Assembly: GCA_001816585.1 (NCBI GenBank)
Contig: MHCJ01000003.1
Span: 426,971-490,970 of the forward strand
Length of the DNA: 64,000 nt
Direction: 5' to 3'
Source: Candidatus Chisholmbacteria bacterium RIFCSPHIGHO2_01_FULL_52_32
Lineage (GTDB): Bacteria; Patescibacteriota; Microgenomatia; UBA1400; Chisholmbacteraceae
The first letter of the stretch is position 1. Each line of letters opens with the position of its first letter. The notes below the pieces were generated by a model. It did not search any database. It was given only the letters and a program-made list of their open reading frames with translations, and was not told where the DNA came from. The position numbers and the translations under genes were made by a program. Positions 19,541 to 29,311 of this stretch are shown here, in pieces.

Positions 19541-20179
19541 TTATCTCTTTACGGCTTTGATGCAGGTGTAGGTCCCAAGGCGTGTGAGGGGCCAGAAACT
19601 CCAATCAGGATCTTTGAACAACTTTGGAATGTACGGCACTGAGAGGTTTGTCGTCGTAATTACTGCGGGCTTGAGGTTCAGTTTTGTCAGAGCGCGCAGG
19701 AGAGACAGCGGTTCAATAAAATGCATATGATCCGAGGCTCCGAAATAGCTTTTCAGATTTTTCGCGTTTTGGGGGTTCGGAGCAAGTAACCAGTAACGCA
19801 GAAACCGAAAGACCCCGAACGGATTGGGTGTCGTCACGATGAGTGCCCCATTCTTTCTGAGAACCCGTACGGATTCTTCGAGTAAGTCGTTCCAATTGCT
19901 CACATGCTCAAGAATTTCTCCGAGGACTACCGTATCAACTGCATTTGGTTTTATTGGGAGTAAAAATCCACTGCCGACGATGCTCCCGGGAATTTCGTAG
20001 TGTAAAACCTTTTTTCTGACAATATCGATTCCCACTACTGTACTTCCGGGATTCTCCTGGCGGACCGCGAGATGGGCAGAAGGGGTTTCGTACGCACCTA
20101 CGAAGCCTATGTCAAGGATAATTTTCCCCCTCACGTTTTTCCTGAGCCAACTTAACCTCGGTGAGACGTAAGAAAACAT
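19541..20179 (-). CDS. Class I SAM-dependent methyltransferase
   Basis: ILDIGF, GEILEHV, RVLRKNG..IVTTPN. Confidence 0.85.
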   Translation of the reverse strand: MFSYVSPRLSWLRKNVRGKIILDIGFVGAYETPSAHLAVRQENPGSTVVGIDIVRKKVLHYEIPGSIVGSGFLLPIKPNAVDTVVLGEILEHVSNWNDLLEESVRVLRKNGALIVTTPNPFGVFRFLRYWLLAPNPQNAKNLKSYFGASDHMHFIEPLSLLRALTKLNLKPAVITTTNLSVPYIPKLFKDPDWSFWPLTRLGTYTCIKAVKR

Positions 20180-20186
20180 ATCTTGT

Positions 20187-20192
20187 ATTATA
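20187..20192 (-). promoter_or_regulatory. TATAAT -10 box, leaderless start
   Basis: TATAAT ends 7 nt before the ATG at 20179; an overlapping + strand TACAAT at 20191-20196 faces the gene at 20228. Confidence 0.55.
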
Positions 20193-20227
20193 CAATTACG
20201 TAAAGCGTCATCTTTTCACTCGGCTAT

Positions 20228-22084
20228 ATGATCGTGTTTATTCTCATCGTATTAATATATTGGTTGGGTCGGCAGATTATTGACCGCTGGTTTTGGCAGC
20301 TCCCTTTGCTCTACCGCGCGCCTGCTGCCTGGGGTCTCGGGTTTCTCCTCCTCTACCCATTAGGGGTCCTCAATATTTTTCTGTTTGAAGGTCAAACGCA
20401 TATCTACCAGAATCATATCGGAACCGGACTTGGTCTTTTGATTGCGGCGAACGTGGCACTCACGTTCCTTCGATACTTATCGCCTCTTCCCAAAAGAAGG
20501 GTACAGTCAAATGAAGGCCATCATCTCCCATTTGGCTTCTTCCTTCTTCTTCCTGCTGCTGCGTTTCTTCTGTTCCTCAATCTTGGGAAAGCCGATATCG
20601 CTTCCGATGAGCGGGAAATAGGCTATCGAGCGTATGACCTCGTCGATGGAATTAAGGCCGGCCGAACTGCCTACGCCATTTCGTTTAACGATCATGCGCC
20701 TCTCGGTAATTACATCCAGCATTTTGTCCTCAATGCACTCGAACCCAACGGATTTGAAAATCTTTCCGACGGGGAACTACGGTTTGCCGGAGCGTTTCTT
20801 GCTCTTCTTTCCCTTTGGGTTTTTGGGATAATCGCTGCGGACTGGTTCTCGCGGGAAACTGCGTTTCTTTCAAGTCTTCTGCTTGCCACTATGACCCCGT
20901 TCCTTTTTTCCGGCAGACTTGCCATTCCCCAGGACCTGTCATTTTGGAACTTTTACTTTTTGCTTTCTCTGTTGAGCTTTTCCTGGTGGTTTTCCACCCG
21001 GAAACGGCAGGCTCTTGTCCTTTCCGCAATCCTGACGGGAGCGTTTGCTCTGATTAAATTCACGGGCCTTGTCGTTCTTCCCCTCTATTTTATCTGGTGG
21101 CTTGCGTCCACTCGAATCTTCAGGCCTTCCTTGCGCTTTTTCGTTATCGTCCTTATCACCATCTCCCCTGTCATCTTTTTCAATATCGGCGCGTATATCA
21201 CCACAGGTTTCGTTGACGTTCCCACAGCTTTGGTTCTGCGTACATTCGGAATCCCTGTCAGGACATCGATGGCGTTTGAGAATATTTACGCCGGCAGAGG
21301 AAACAACCCCCTCTCCCTTCTTCCTCCGCTGGTTCTCACGCTATCGGATTTGTTCTACCCTGTTTTATTATTCTCTCTGCTCTTTCTGGGGATAGTTGGC
21401 TTTTTCAGATTCCGTAACTTACCCCGTTCTTTTTGGATATTTTTCTCCGCCTTTTGTGCCTTTTTGTTTTTCTTTCTTTTTACCGGATTTCGCACATACT
21501 ACCTGACGTTCACTGCGTTTGGCTTGGTTGCTATGGCTGCCTCCGGTATTGCCCTCTTCCGTCTGCCTATTCGACGGTTGGTTGTCGCGATCCTGGCTAT
21601 CGCCTCACTTGGCTACGGCCTCTCGTCTCTGCACTTCCTTAAGGGTCCGCAGATCCTTACGGGAGGAGAGTACGGACGGTCGTCAGAAGCTATTCCACCG
21701 TTTACGGTTTCGAGAACGTATTCTCTTTCAATCCGACAGTGGCTCAATGCCGTTGGCTGGAAAGAGGTCAAGAAGAAGGCTTCAACGATTGTCGGCAACC
21801 GCGTGCTCGTGGTTGACCAGCGTCTCAATTCCGAACGAGCGTTTTGGTACCTCCAGTTTAACCCCGTACGCGCTCATTTCGACCCGACCTATCAACCCCC
21901 CATCCGTATGCTCTTTTCCTCCGATTTTCACTGTAATGAAGCGTTCATCGTGCTCGCATTACCTTCGAGCTCTTCACTCTGCAATACGACTCTCTATCCT
22001 TTGGAAATTATCACTTCGATTTACGGAGAACCCGGTCTTACCTTCTTCGGAGTCCGTGAGGATGTGTTCGTTCTCAAGAAATAA
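20228..22084 (+). CDS. GT-C membrane glycosyltransferase (ArnT/PMT, GT83/GT39-like)
   Basis: DE motif (ASDE) after a TM segment, HAPL, LRF.GA, GALIK; many TM segments. Confidence 0.8.
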   Translation: MIVFILIVLIYWLGRQIIDRWFWQLPLLYRAPAAWGLGFLLLYPLGVLNIFLFEGQTHIYQNHIGTGLGLLIAANVALTFLRYLSPLPKRRVQSNEGHHLPFGFFLLLPAAAFLLFLNLGKADIASDEREIGYRAYDLVDGIKAGRTAYAISFNDHAPLGNYIQHFVLNALEPNGFENLSDGELRFAGAFLALLSLWVFGIIAADWFSRETAFLSSLLLATMTPFLFSGRLAIPQDLSFWNFYFLLSLLSFSWWFSTRKRQALVLSAILTGAFALIKFTGLVVLPLYFIWWLASTRIFRPSLRFFVIVLITISPVIFFNIGAYITTGFVDVPTALVLRTFGIPVRTSMAFENIYAGRGNNPLSLLPPLVLTLSDLFYPVLLFSLLFLGIVGFFRFRNLPRSFWIFFSAFCAFLFFFLFTGFRTYYLTFTAFGLVAMAASGIALFRLPIRRLVVAILAIASLGYGLSSLHFLKGPQILTGGEYGRSSEAIPPFTVSRTYSLSIRQWLNAVGWKEVKKKASTIVGNRVLVVDQRLNSERAFWYLQFNPVRAHFDPTYQPPIRMLFSSDFHCNEAFIVLALPSSSSLCNTTLYPLEIITSIYGEPGLTFFGVREDVFVLKK

Positions 22085-23219
22085 CGAGCTGGGCAAACCT
22101 TGAAACGACTTTTCTCATCTCAAATTCCTTAACCCTCGTTTTCCCCTCTTTGATCAGTTCTTCGCGGAGTACCGGGTTTTTGAGGATAGTCGCGACAGCG
22201 CTCCCAAGCTTTTCAACGACCGCATTTTCTTTATGTTGCGGGATGAGCAAACGCTGCTGTTTTTTCGTGAGCACTGCTCTTGCACCAATCGTGTCGGTTG
22301 CTACGATCGGAACCTCCATGGCCATTGCTTCGAGAAAAACCCGTCCGAATTCTTCCGTGCGCGAGGGCATGATGAGGACGTCTGCAACTGCAAGGTATTG
22401 CGGGATTTTTTGATTCGGAACCGGACCGACCACCGTTCCTGTATCCCCAAGCGTTCCTTTCCGAAATTCGACTTTCAATGACTCCAAGAGAGGACCGCCG
22501 CCAACGATAAGAAGCTGTGCATTTCCCAATTTGGTCTTTAATAATCTTGCGAAGTCGGGTAACCGATCTGCTCCTTTCCTTTCAGACAGGTGGTGAAGGA
22601 AGAGCACTACCTTTTTACCGTTGAGGTTGAAGCGCTTCCGAAGTTCATCGGTTGAAACGTTTTCTTTCTTAAACCTTGAGAGGTTAATCCAGTTCGGGAT
22701 GACGAGAATCTTTCTTCGGTCGACACCGCAGCTTTTCTCAAAGTATATCTTCATCGCTTCGGAGCAGGTCACTAGGCGGTCAATTGCCTTCAGAGCAATT
22801 CTCCAGGGCCAGTCTTTCGTGAGCTTCACTTGAAGGTTTTTAATATTGAGTGGTTGTTCGTATAAGTGAAGTTTCACGCACAGCCAAAGGTAGGTCTTCC
22901 CACCAAAAAGGGTTGTCACGCATTTCGCGATCAGGCTGCTTACGACGGCATAATGACAGTAAAACGTCTTGTATCCAGCCAAGCGGAGTGTCAGGAACAC
23001 CAAGAACCGTTCGAGCAACCGCAGGGGTAAGACATGCATCCGCTGTCTATAGCATCCTACGTTACTGCTGATGTCCCCACTCCCTGCCCAAGTTTCGGCA
23101 AAAAGAAACACCTCATATCTTTTCCCGATTTCCTCAATCCCCTCGTAGATATGCGGGTAGTGAGAGCTTTCCCTCAAGTCGAAACGGGGAATGACGAAGC
23201 AGATTTTTTGTTTCTTCAT
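22074..23219 (-). CDS. GT4 glycosyltransferase
   Basis: IPNW, RKG, VGGGP, EEFGRVFLEAMAMEVP. Confidence 0.92.
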   Translation of the reverse strand: MKKQKICFVIPRFDLRESSHYPHIYEGIEEIGKRYEVFLFAETWAGSGDISSNVGCYRQRMHVLPLRLLERFLVFLTLRLAGYKTFYCHYAVVSSLIAKCVTTLFGGKTYLWLCVKLHLYEQPLNIKNLQVKLTKDWPWRIALKAIDRLVTCSEAMKIYFEKSCGVDRRKILVIPNWINLSRFKKENVSTDELRKRFNLNGKKVVLFLHHLSERKGADRLPDFARLLKTKLGNAQLLIVGGGPLLESLKVEFRKGTLGDTGTVVGPVPNQKIPQYLAVADVLIMPSRTEEFGRVFLEAMAMEVPIVATDTIGARAVLTKKQQRLLIPQHKENAVVEKLGSAVATILKNPVLREELIKEGKTRVKEFEMRKVVSRFAQLVIS

Positions 23220-25057
23220 CGTTTCTGGGCTGCAATCATCATTAACGAGCCAAACTCTTTATAACCGGGAATCCAACCTGTCTTCTCATCAACTGCCGTT
23301 AACAGGCGATAGACGGGAAGAGGAATGTCTTTGATGAAGGTTTGTACGAGAGTTACCAACTGACGCTTTAGAGAGATGTGTTTGAGGATAAAGCCGCTTT
23401 CGATAAGCTGTCGAGTGACCATACGGTGGTTGATCAGACATTCACGGGGGTCGTCGGGTGCCGGAATCGCCTTCGTTCTGTCCCGGTAAAAGAGGAAACG
23501 GAAGGAATTGTGCTCGATCAAAAGGAGCATGCCTCTAGGTTTTAAGATCCTGCAGCTTTCTCGGATTGCTTTGTCGGTGTTTAAGGTGTGGTGGAGCGAA
23601 GCGATGAAAACGACCGCATCGGCTGAATCGGCCCGAATCGGAAGCTTATCCATGTCTCCGACAAGATTGGTGTTGAGCGAAAGCGATCTGCGGAGTTTTA
23701 CCATCAGGGTTGAGATATCCAAGCCCACAACTGACAGCCCCCCGAGCTCCTGTTTTACGATCGCCATCACCACGCCTGCGCCGCCACCGATATCGACCAC
23801 TTTTTGGTCTTTTTTGATATACCCCCGGAGCCATTGGACAAGTTTCGGATAGTAAACGATTTTGGATGCATCCGTCTTCGATTTCTCAATCTCCAATTGC
23901 GAGGAATCGTAATGCGCGATATTTGCCCGTTTCATCGCGGCAGGGCCATCGCGCTTTTTCGTTTCAATGAGAACGTCGATCCATTGTTTTTCCGGTCTCT
24001 GATGAAGCATTGCCAGAGCCTTTTTTTTCACTTCCCTTCCGAAGCTCTCCCGTAAAGGCGCATCTTCCAAAAGGGCCCTCATTTTTCTTGCCAGGGCTGC
24101 TTCATCGCCCGGCTCGACCAAGAATCCGTTCCTGCCTGGCTCTACAAGATCCTGTGCCCCGCTCACCCTTGTTGCAATGACGGGTAGACCCATCAGCATC
24201 GCCTCGAGGAGAGCGATGCTTGACCCTTCGTATTTCGATGATGAAACATAGACCTTTGAGCGTGCGAGCGCATCAATCACTCCTTTTTGTGCGCACTCGC
24301 CAGCAAACCGGATGTTCGCTGTAAGATCCAATCTTTCGGTTTGCCGTTTAAGTATTTCAAGCCTCGGACCGGCTCCAATGATCTGAACGTTGAGGTTCGG
24401 GATATTCCCCTTCAGTTTTGCCAGTGCTTCGATGAGAGTCGGGAAGTCTTTCTGTTCGGTCAGGTTCCCTGTGCTTATTATGTGAATATCCTTCTTTGGG
24501 CTGGCTTTTTTGAGGAAATTTGTTGAGGGCGGGACGATGACCGTATGGATCGGAATTCCGGGAGGAACGAATGTTCGAACAGATTGTTCAATACTTCTTG
24601 TCACTGTCCTGATGCTGTCCGCTTTCCTTAATAACCATTTTCCCAGATGAAAAAATGCTCTGTTCTCAAATGATTCCGTCCTCCATGCCAGGCTACTGAA
24701 GTAATCGTTGTGAACCTGGATATTTACCGGAACCCTCCATTTGGCCTTCAAAAGAAGGGCTATTGCGGCACAGATAAATGGATCTTGGGCACTTACGACA
24801 TCGACTTTCTTCTGACTGAAGAGTTTCGCCGCAATGCGAAGTGCATCGGTTGTATACCACCACCGTGAACCGGAGTTTGTCGGTACAATTGTGAGGTTTC
24901 CCTTACGTACCTCATGGGTTATTCCGTCTCTTTTTTTGGTCAACACGATGATGTCAAGATGCCCAAGCTGTGAGGCGTACCGACGATGGCGATTTATGGA
25001 GTCTCCCGATTTAGGCAGAAGAAGATTCTTCTCTAAGGAGATGAACAAGACGTTCAA
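23216..25057 (-). CDS. GT4 glycosyltransferase fused to a C-terminal class I SAM methyltransferase
   Basis: EGSSIALLEAMLMGLP (GT4), then VVDIGGGAG, GDMDKLP, SLHH, RILKPRG (MTase). Likely start is TTG at 25057 after GGAGA; alternative is ATG at 25102. Confidence 0.88.
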   Translation of the reverse strand: MNVLFISLEKNLLLPKSGDSINRHRRYASQLGHLDIIVLTKKRDGITHEVRKGNLTIVPTNSGSRWWYTTDALRIAAKLFSQKKVDVVSAQDPFICAAIALLLKAKWRVPVNIQVHNDYFSSLAWRTESFENRAFFHLGKWLLRKADSIRTVTRSIEQSVRTFVPPGIPIHTVIVPPSTNFLKKASPKKDIHIISTGNLTEQKDFPTLIEALAKLKGNIPNLNVQIIGAGPRLEILKRQTERLDLTANIRFAGECAQKGVIDALARSKVYVSSSKYEGSSIALLEAMLMGLPVIATRVSGAQDLVEPGRNGFLVEPGDEAALARKMRALLEDAPLRESFGREVKKKALAMLHQRPEKQWIDVLIETKKRDGPAAMKRANIAHYDSSQLEIEKSKTDASKIVYYPKLVQWLRGYIKKDQKVVDIGGGAGVVMAIVKQELGGLSVVGLDISTLMVKLRRSLSLNTNLVGDMDKLPIRADSADAVVFIASLHHTLNTDKAIRESCRILKPRGMLLLIEHNSFRFLFYRDRTKAIPAPDDPRECLINHRMVTRQLIESGFILKHISLKRQLVTLVQTFIKDIPLPVYRLLTAVDEKTGWIPGYKEFGSLMMIAAQKR

Positions 25058-26174
25058 TGTTGGTTCTCCAACCGAATCTTTGTTGTGCGTTTCTTTTTGC
25101 ATTCAGTTTTATTTGTTTGGTCAATTCCTCATCAGTTAACATCCTTTTTATCGCGTCTGAAAGGTCTTCCGTCGCTGTCTTTGTCAGGAGTCCTGTCTTT
25201 TCATGCTCGATCACTTCTCTGTTCCCAGGAATATCTGAGGCAACCACCGGAACTTCGGAGAGCATTGCCTCGATTATAGCATGGGATAATCCCTCGTAAC
25301 TTGAGACGAGAACGAAGATTTTTACCATTCTCAACCGTTGCAAATAGGTCTCTCTTTCAAGCCGTCCGACCAGTTTCACCTTCTTTGAAAGATTCAACGT
25401 GTTGATCATCTCCAGTAATTCCTTTGTGGCGTTTCCGTCACCAATGATTTGGAGCTCGAGTGTCTTGGCAAGATCTTTCGGTACTCGTTTGAGAAGGTCG
25501 TTAAATGCCGAGATGAGAAGCCCAAACCGTTTATGCGGAACAAGTCTTCCGGAGCTCAGGATTATGGTTCTTTTGCTCTGGGTAATTCTTTTTGGTCTTT
25601 GGATTTCTACCGCATTATTAATAACCTCGATTTTTGATTCCTCAATCCCGTAAAACTTCGTTACGATGTTTTTTAAATACACCGATGGAACAACGATCTT
25701 TTTGGCAGTCTTTAAACTCTGTTTTTGCAACCATTGCGCAACTAGAAAAAACAGTGGTTTCCTTGATGCTCCCAGAAATTCCTCCAGCTTGAGATTTGTC
25801 ATTCCTTTGCGGTGGGCCTCCTCCCAAACCTCGTCACCGACAAACTTGAGTATCAGTGGTTTTCCGGTGAGTTTTGCGATGAGCGCTGATGCAAACCCGA
25901 CCACAACAGCTCCTTGGGTATAGATCACATCGTTTCTCCTTGCTTCTTTACCTATTGCTGAAGCCAGCGCTGTTTGCCTTCGGATTGTTCCAAAAAATTC
26001 ATTATGAAGCGGAACCGCCATAATCTTTACCGCCTCAACTTTCTTCGGCTTCACTCCGAAGGTAACGATTGTCAGTTCGTGCTTTCCGGCAAGTCTTTTG
26101 GCAAGGTCGAAAGTATAGGTTGCCGGTCCGCCGATCTGGGGAGGGAAGATGGGAGTCACGATCAATATCTTCAT
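25011..26174 (-). CDS. GT4 glycosyltransferase
   Basis: FPPQIGGPATY, GRLVPHK, YEGLSHAIIEAM. Confidence 0.92.
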   Translation of the reverse strand: MKILIVTPIFPPQIGGPATYTFDLAKRLAGKHELTIVTFGVKPKKVEAVKIMAVPLHNEFFGTIRRQTALASAIGKEARRNDVIYTQGAVVVGFASALIAKLTGKPLILKFVGDEVWEEAHRKGMTNLKLEEFLGASRKPLFFLVAQWLQKQSLKTAKKIVVPSVYLKNIVTKFYGIEESKIEVINNAVEIQRPKRITQSKRTIILSSGRLVPHKRFGLLISAFNDLLKRVPKDLAKTLELQIIGDGNATKELLEMINTLNLSKKVKLVGRLERETYLQRLRMVKIFVLVSSYEGLSHAIIEAMLSEVPVVASDIPGNREVIEHEKTGLLTKTATEDLSDAIKRMLTDEELTKQIKLNAKRNAQQRFGWRTNIERLVHLLREESSSA

Positions 26175-26194
26175 GGTTAAGTTGAAAAAAAAGC

Positions 26195-27376
26195 TTAGGA
26201 TACCCTCCCATCGGATATTGATGTAAGCATGTTTTCCACCTGATCGGTAATATGATCCCAGGTGTATCGCTTTTGAACCAGTATTCGTCCGTTGGTTCGA
26301 TGCTTTTGGTACAGCGCGGCATCCGTAAGAATGCGCTCCATTGCTTTGGCCGCCTCCTTTGGGCGGTCCGGTTCAACGAGGAGTCCGGTTTCCCCGTCAT
26401 TGATAAAATCCGTGATGCCGCCAATCGGAGTTGCGATGACCGGAAGCCCAATTGCCATTGCCTCCAAGAACGATACGCCAAAACCTTCCTTCCGTGAAAG
26501 CCTGATAAACAGATCGGCACCTGCAAGGAGTTGCGGAATTTTCCGATTTTCTACTCTCCCAAGAAGCTTGACCTTTTGCTCCAATTTGTACTTTGAGATT
26601 TGTAATTTGAGATTGTTATAGAGTGGTCCGTCCCCCGCGATGACGAGTTCCCAGTTGAGCGAGGATGGAAGCAAATAAACCGCATCAATCAGCGTGTCTA
26701 GGCCATTTCTCGGTATCAAAGCGGATGTGGTTATAATCCTTACCCTTCTCTTAACTTTTAACTTTTCACTTTTCACTTCCTCGACCTGAGCTCGGTACGA
26801 AGGTTTGAACTTTGTCGTGTCCACTCCGTTGGGAATGATAACCGACCGTCTTGCACCGAGTTTGTCCGCCTGTTCCTTCGCATACCGACTAACACAGGCA
26901 ACGACATCGGCCCGCTTGAGCGCAAAAGACACTAAAGGAGTGAGCAGGTTCGGGAGTAGATTCTTAAACGGAATCAGGCCTTTCATCACCAACTCTTCCT
27001 TGTAGTCGAGGGGATTCTGGGCCGTCATATAGAGCGGCCTTTTCAAGTGCCCGGCAAGGATGGCCGCCACGACCCCTTGAGGGAATACCTGCTTTGCCCA
27101 GACGAGATCAATGCTCTTGCCCCGGAGTACTCTCTTGATTTGGATGGGAGCAAACATGATATAGGAAAGTCCATAGAGATTGGGGATTTCCGGAAATTTG
27201 ATGGGGTGGATCGTTACGTTATGCGGAAACGTTTTTGCAATTTCGGTGGAATGACCAACAAAGACATCGAATGTGTGATCTCTCTCCGCTAACCGTTTGA
27301 TCAGCTCAACTACATGAACCTCAGCTCCACCAAGCCGTTCAGGGAGAAGATCAGCAGCAACCACAGCAATATGCAT
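26195..27376 (-). CDS. GT4 glycosyltransferase
   Basis: GGAEVH, IPNGVD, EGFGVSFLEAMAIGLP. Start placed at MHIAVV (27376), 7 nt after a TGGTACAAT box. Confidence 0.92.
   Translation of the reverse strand: MHIAVVAADLLPERLGGAEVHVVELIKRLAERDHTFDVFVGHSTEIAKTFPHNVTIHPIKFPEIPNLYGLSYIMFAPIQIKRVLRGKSIDLVWAKQVFPQGVVAAILAGHLKRPLYMTAQNPLDYKEELVMKGLIPFKNLLPNLLTPLVSFALKRADVVACVSRYAKEQADKLGARRSVIIPNGVDTTKFKPSYRAQVEEVKSEKLKVKRRVRIITTSALIPRNGLDTLIDAVYLLPSSLNWELVIAGDGPLYNNLKLQISKYKLEQKVKLLGRVENRKIPQLLAGADLFIRLSRKEGFGVSFLEAMAIGLPVIATPIGGITDFINDGETGLLVEPDRPKEAAKAMERILTDAALYQKHRTNGRILVQKRYTWDHITDQVENMLTSISDGRVS
26584..26618. repeat. Degenerate 7-nt-period tandem repeat inside a GT4 CDS
   Basis: atttgta ctttgag atttgta atttgag attgtta; encodes NNLKLQISKYK. 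Confidence 0.6.
26751..26778. repeat. 7-nt tandem repeat (TTMACTT)x4 inside the GT4 interdomain linker
   Basis: ttaactt ttaactt ttcactt ttcactt; encodes EVKSEKLKVK. Confidence 0.85.
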
Positions 27377-27383
27377 ACTTTGC

Positions 27384-27392
27384 ATTGTACCA
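27384..27392 (-). promoter_or_regulatory. Extended -10 promoter (TGGTACAAT), leaderless start
   Basis: Ends 7 nt before the ATG at 27376. Confidence 0.55.
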
Positions 27393-27416
27393 CTCGATAA
27401 GATGAGGGGCTTTTGT

Positions 27417-27590
27417 CTATTCTTCCTTGAAGTCTTTGGGGAGCATGATGGGGATGCCGTCTTTCACTTCAAAAACGCGTTTGCACTTTACGCACTTGAG
27501 ACTTTCTTTCTTCCCCTTTTTCGTGTACTTGATATCTCCGTGATCATCGGGACAAGCAAGAATCTCCAAAAGCGTTTTATCGAGCGGCAT
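27417..27590 (-). CDS. Trm112/YcaR-family small protein (57 aa, not in the ORF track)
   Basis: Manual translation: MPLDKTLLEILACPDDHGDIKYTKKGKKESLKCVKCKRVFEVKDGIPIMLPKDFKEE. It carries the LLEILACP...CxxC...FxVxDGIP signature. Confidence 0.9.
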   Translation of the reverse strand: MPLDKTLLEILACPDDHGDIKYTKKGKKESLKCVKCKRVFEVKDGIPIMLPKDFKEE

Positions 27591-28590
27591 TGATGACCTC
27601 CTTATACACTTTCAAGGTTGCCTCGGCAGCTTTCTGCCAAGTATAGTTCTTCTTTACCAGATTGTATCCTGCCTCCCCCATCTTCGCAAGGTTGGGATTG
27701 GTATAGGCCTTGACGATCGCCTGGCTCAAGGCTTGGATATCGCCTGGCGGGACAAGGTATCCGTTCAAGCCATCCTTCACCATCTTCGCGTTATCCCCGA
27801 CATCGGTTACGATGACAGGAAGTCTTGCTGCCCAGGCTTCGAGCAGGGTTAACGGCATTCCCTCAGAAAGGGATGGGAGAACATAGACCGATGAAGAGAG
27901 ATACTCTCGGATGATTTTCTTCCTGTCGAGTTCTTGCGTAATCTTTACGAGTTCGATATCCGGACACTTTTGACGCACGCTCTCCATTGCCGCGTCTAAT
28001 ATGTCATGGCCCTTCAGCGGTTCATTTCTGCCGACAAACAAGAGTGTAAACTGAGGTTTCTTTGCAATCTGACTATCATGAAACGTTCGGGTATCGACTC
28101 CGTTGGGAATGTATGCGATGTGCCGATTAACATTTTCGTACGTTCGGAAATGCTGAGATACGGATATTTCGCGATCGTAGCGGATTCCGGTGAGTAACCA
28201 TTTTTCAAGTCTGTACTTCCACCAGGGTATTCTTCCGCCGAGTTTCCTCTGTTGGGCTTCGAGGATTTGCATATCGAGCATGTTACTGCCGTGCACCGTA
28301 TACACGACGGGGATGCGAAGTATCATTGAGAGTACTTTCCCAGGGAAGCCGGCAGCATACGCATGGGCATGGATGAGATCAATTTTTTCCTTTCTGTGAT
28401 CCACAATCACCTGTGGTATCACCAATAATGACCAAATCGCACGAGCAGGTAATGATGGTTGAGGGGCATGATAAATCGTAAACGTGCAGTCCTTCGAAAG
28501 ACTGTTGGTGATTCTCAGGACGTGCTCCTGCCCTCCTCCATGGAAGGGGAACCATGCATCAATGAGAATCGCGATCCTAAATTTCTTCAT
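27577..28590 (-). CDS. GT4 glycosyltransferase
   Basis: GGGQEH, IHAH, IPNGVD, EGMPLTLLEAWAA. Confidence 0.92.
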   Translation of the reverse strand: MKKFRIAILIDAWFPFHGGGQEHVLRITNSLSKDCTFTIYHAPQPSLPARAIWSLLVIPQVIVDHRKEKIDLIHAHAYAAGFPGKVLSMILRIPVVYTVHGSNMLDMQILEAQQRKLGGRIPWWKYRLEKWLLTGIRYDREISVSQHFRTYENVNRHIAYIPNGVDTRTFHDSQIAKKPQFTLLFVGRNEPLKGHDILDAAMESVRQKCPDIELVKITQELDRKKIIREYLSSSVYVLPSLSEGMPLTLLEAWAARLPVIVTDVGDNAKMVKDGLNGYLVPPGDIQALSQAIVKAYTNPNLAKMGEAGYNLVKKNYTWQKAAEATLKVYKEVINAAR

Positions 28591-29270
28591 GAATGTTTTT
28601 TGCGCACCCGCACGGTCGAAAAGGCACCGATGCTAGGAAATACTTTCCCGAGTATTCGGCCTATCTTTGGAGAGAACGGATAGAGGCTCACCGTGCTTGA
28701 CTGCTGGATGGTGAAACCATGAAACTCGAGAAATTCCAGGAACGCAGTATGCGTGAAGACGCTTTTGTGTCCATGGACCGGATTCTTCTCACCCTTTAAG
28801 AAATTGCCAAACTGGACATTTGCAGGATGGAGACAAATAGGCAGCTGGCCGAACAGGAGCTGTATTCGGTAATGAAGAGCAGCGAGGTTTGTCGTTGAAA
28901 TCACAAGCTGGCCGTTTCGTTTGAGTACTCGTTTGGCTTCTTCGATGAATGTATCTGTATCAACGAGATGTTCGATGATTTGGTTTGCGCTGATCGTATC
29001 GAAGAACTCATCTCCGAAAGGTATTTTATTATTCAGGTTACCAACATTGACTCTCACTCCCTGTCTCTTCGCAGCGAGGGCCTTTGTCTCGCTGAGTTCA
29101 ATACCGTACATCACCTCCGCATTGGCCTTTTCCGCAACCTTCGCGGTGAACTCACCGTTTCCGCATCCCAAATCAAGGAGAGATCCCTTAAGCGGTAGCG
29201 TATATTCAAGAAATACTCGTTTGTTTTCTCTATCTCCTTGTCCGCAAAAATGATCGACAAGCTGCTGCAT
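28587..29270 (-). CDS. Class I SAM-dependent methyltransferase
   Basis: LLDLGCGNG, QIIEHL, RVLKRNG..VISTTN. Confidence 0.9.
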   Translation of the reverse strand: MQQLVDHFCGQGDRENKRVFLEYTLPLKGSLLDLGCGNGEFTAKVAEKANAEVMYGIELSETKALAAKRQGVRVNVGNLNNKIPFGDEFFDTISANQIIEHLVDTDTFIEEAKRVLKRNGQLVISTTNLAALHYRIQLLFGQLPICLHPANVQFGNFLKGEKNPVHGHKSVFTHTAFLEFLEFHGFTIQQSSTVSLYPFSPKIGRILGKVFPSIGAFSTVRVRKKHS

Positions 29271-29311
29271 GAGAGTGATGTGAATGTTTTTTGGTGAACT
29301 GTCCTATTCGT

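Noticed and set aside
27402-27593. Plus-strand 63-aa ORF
   Set aside because: The minus strand here encodes a clear Trm112-family protein.
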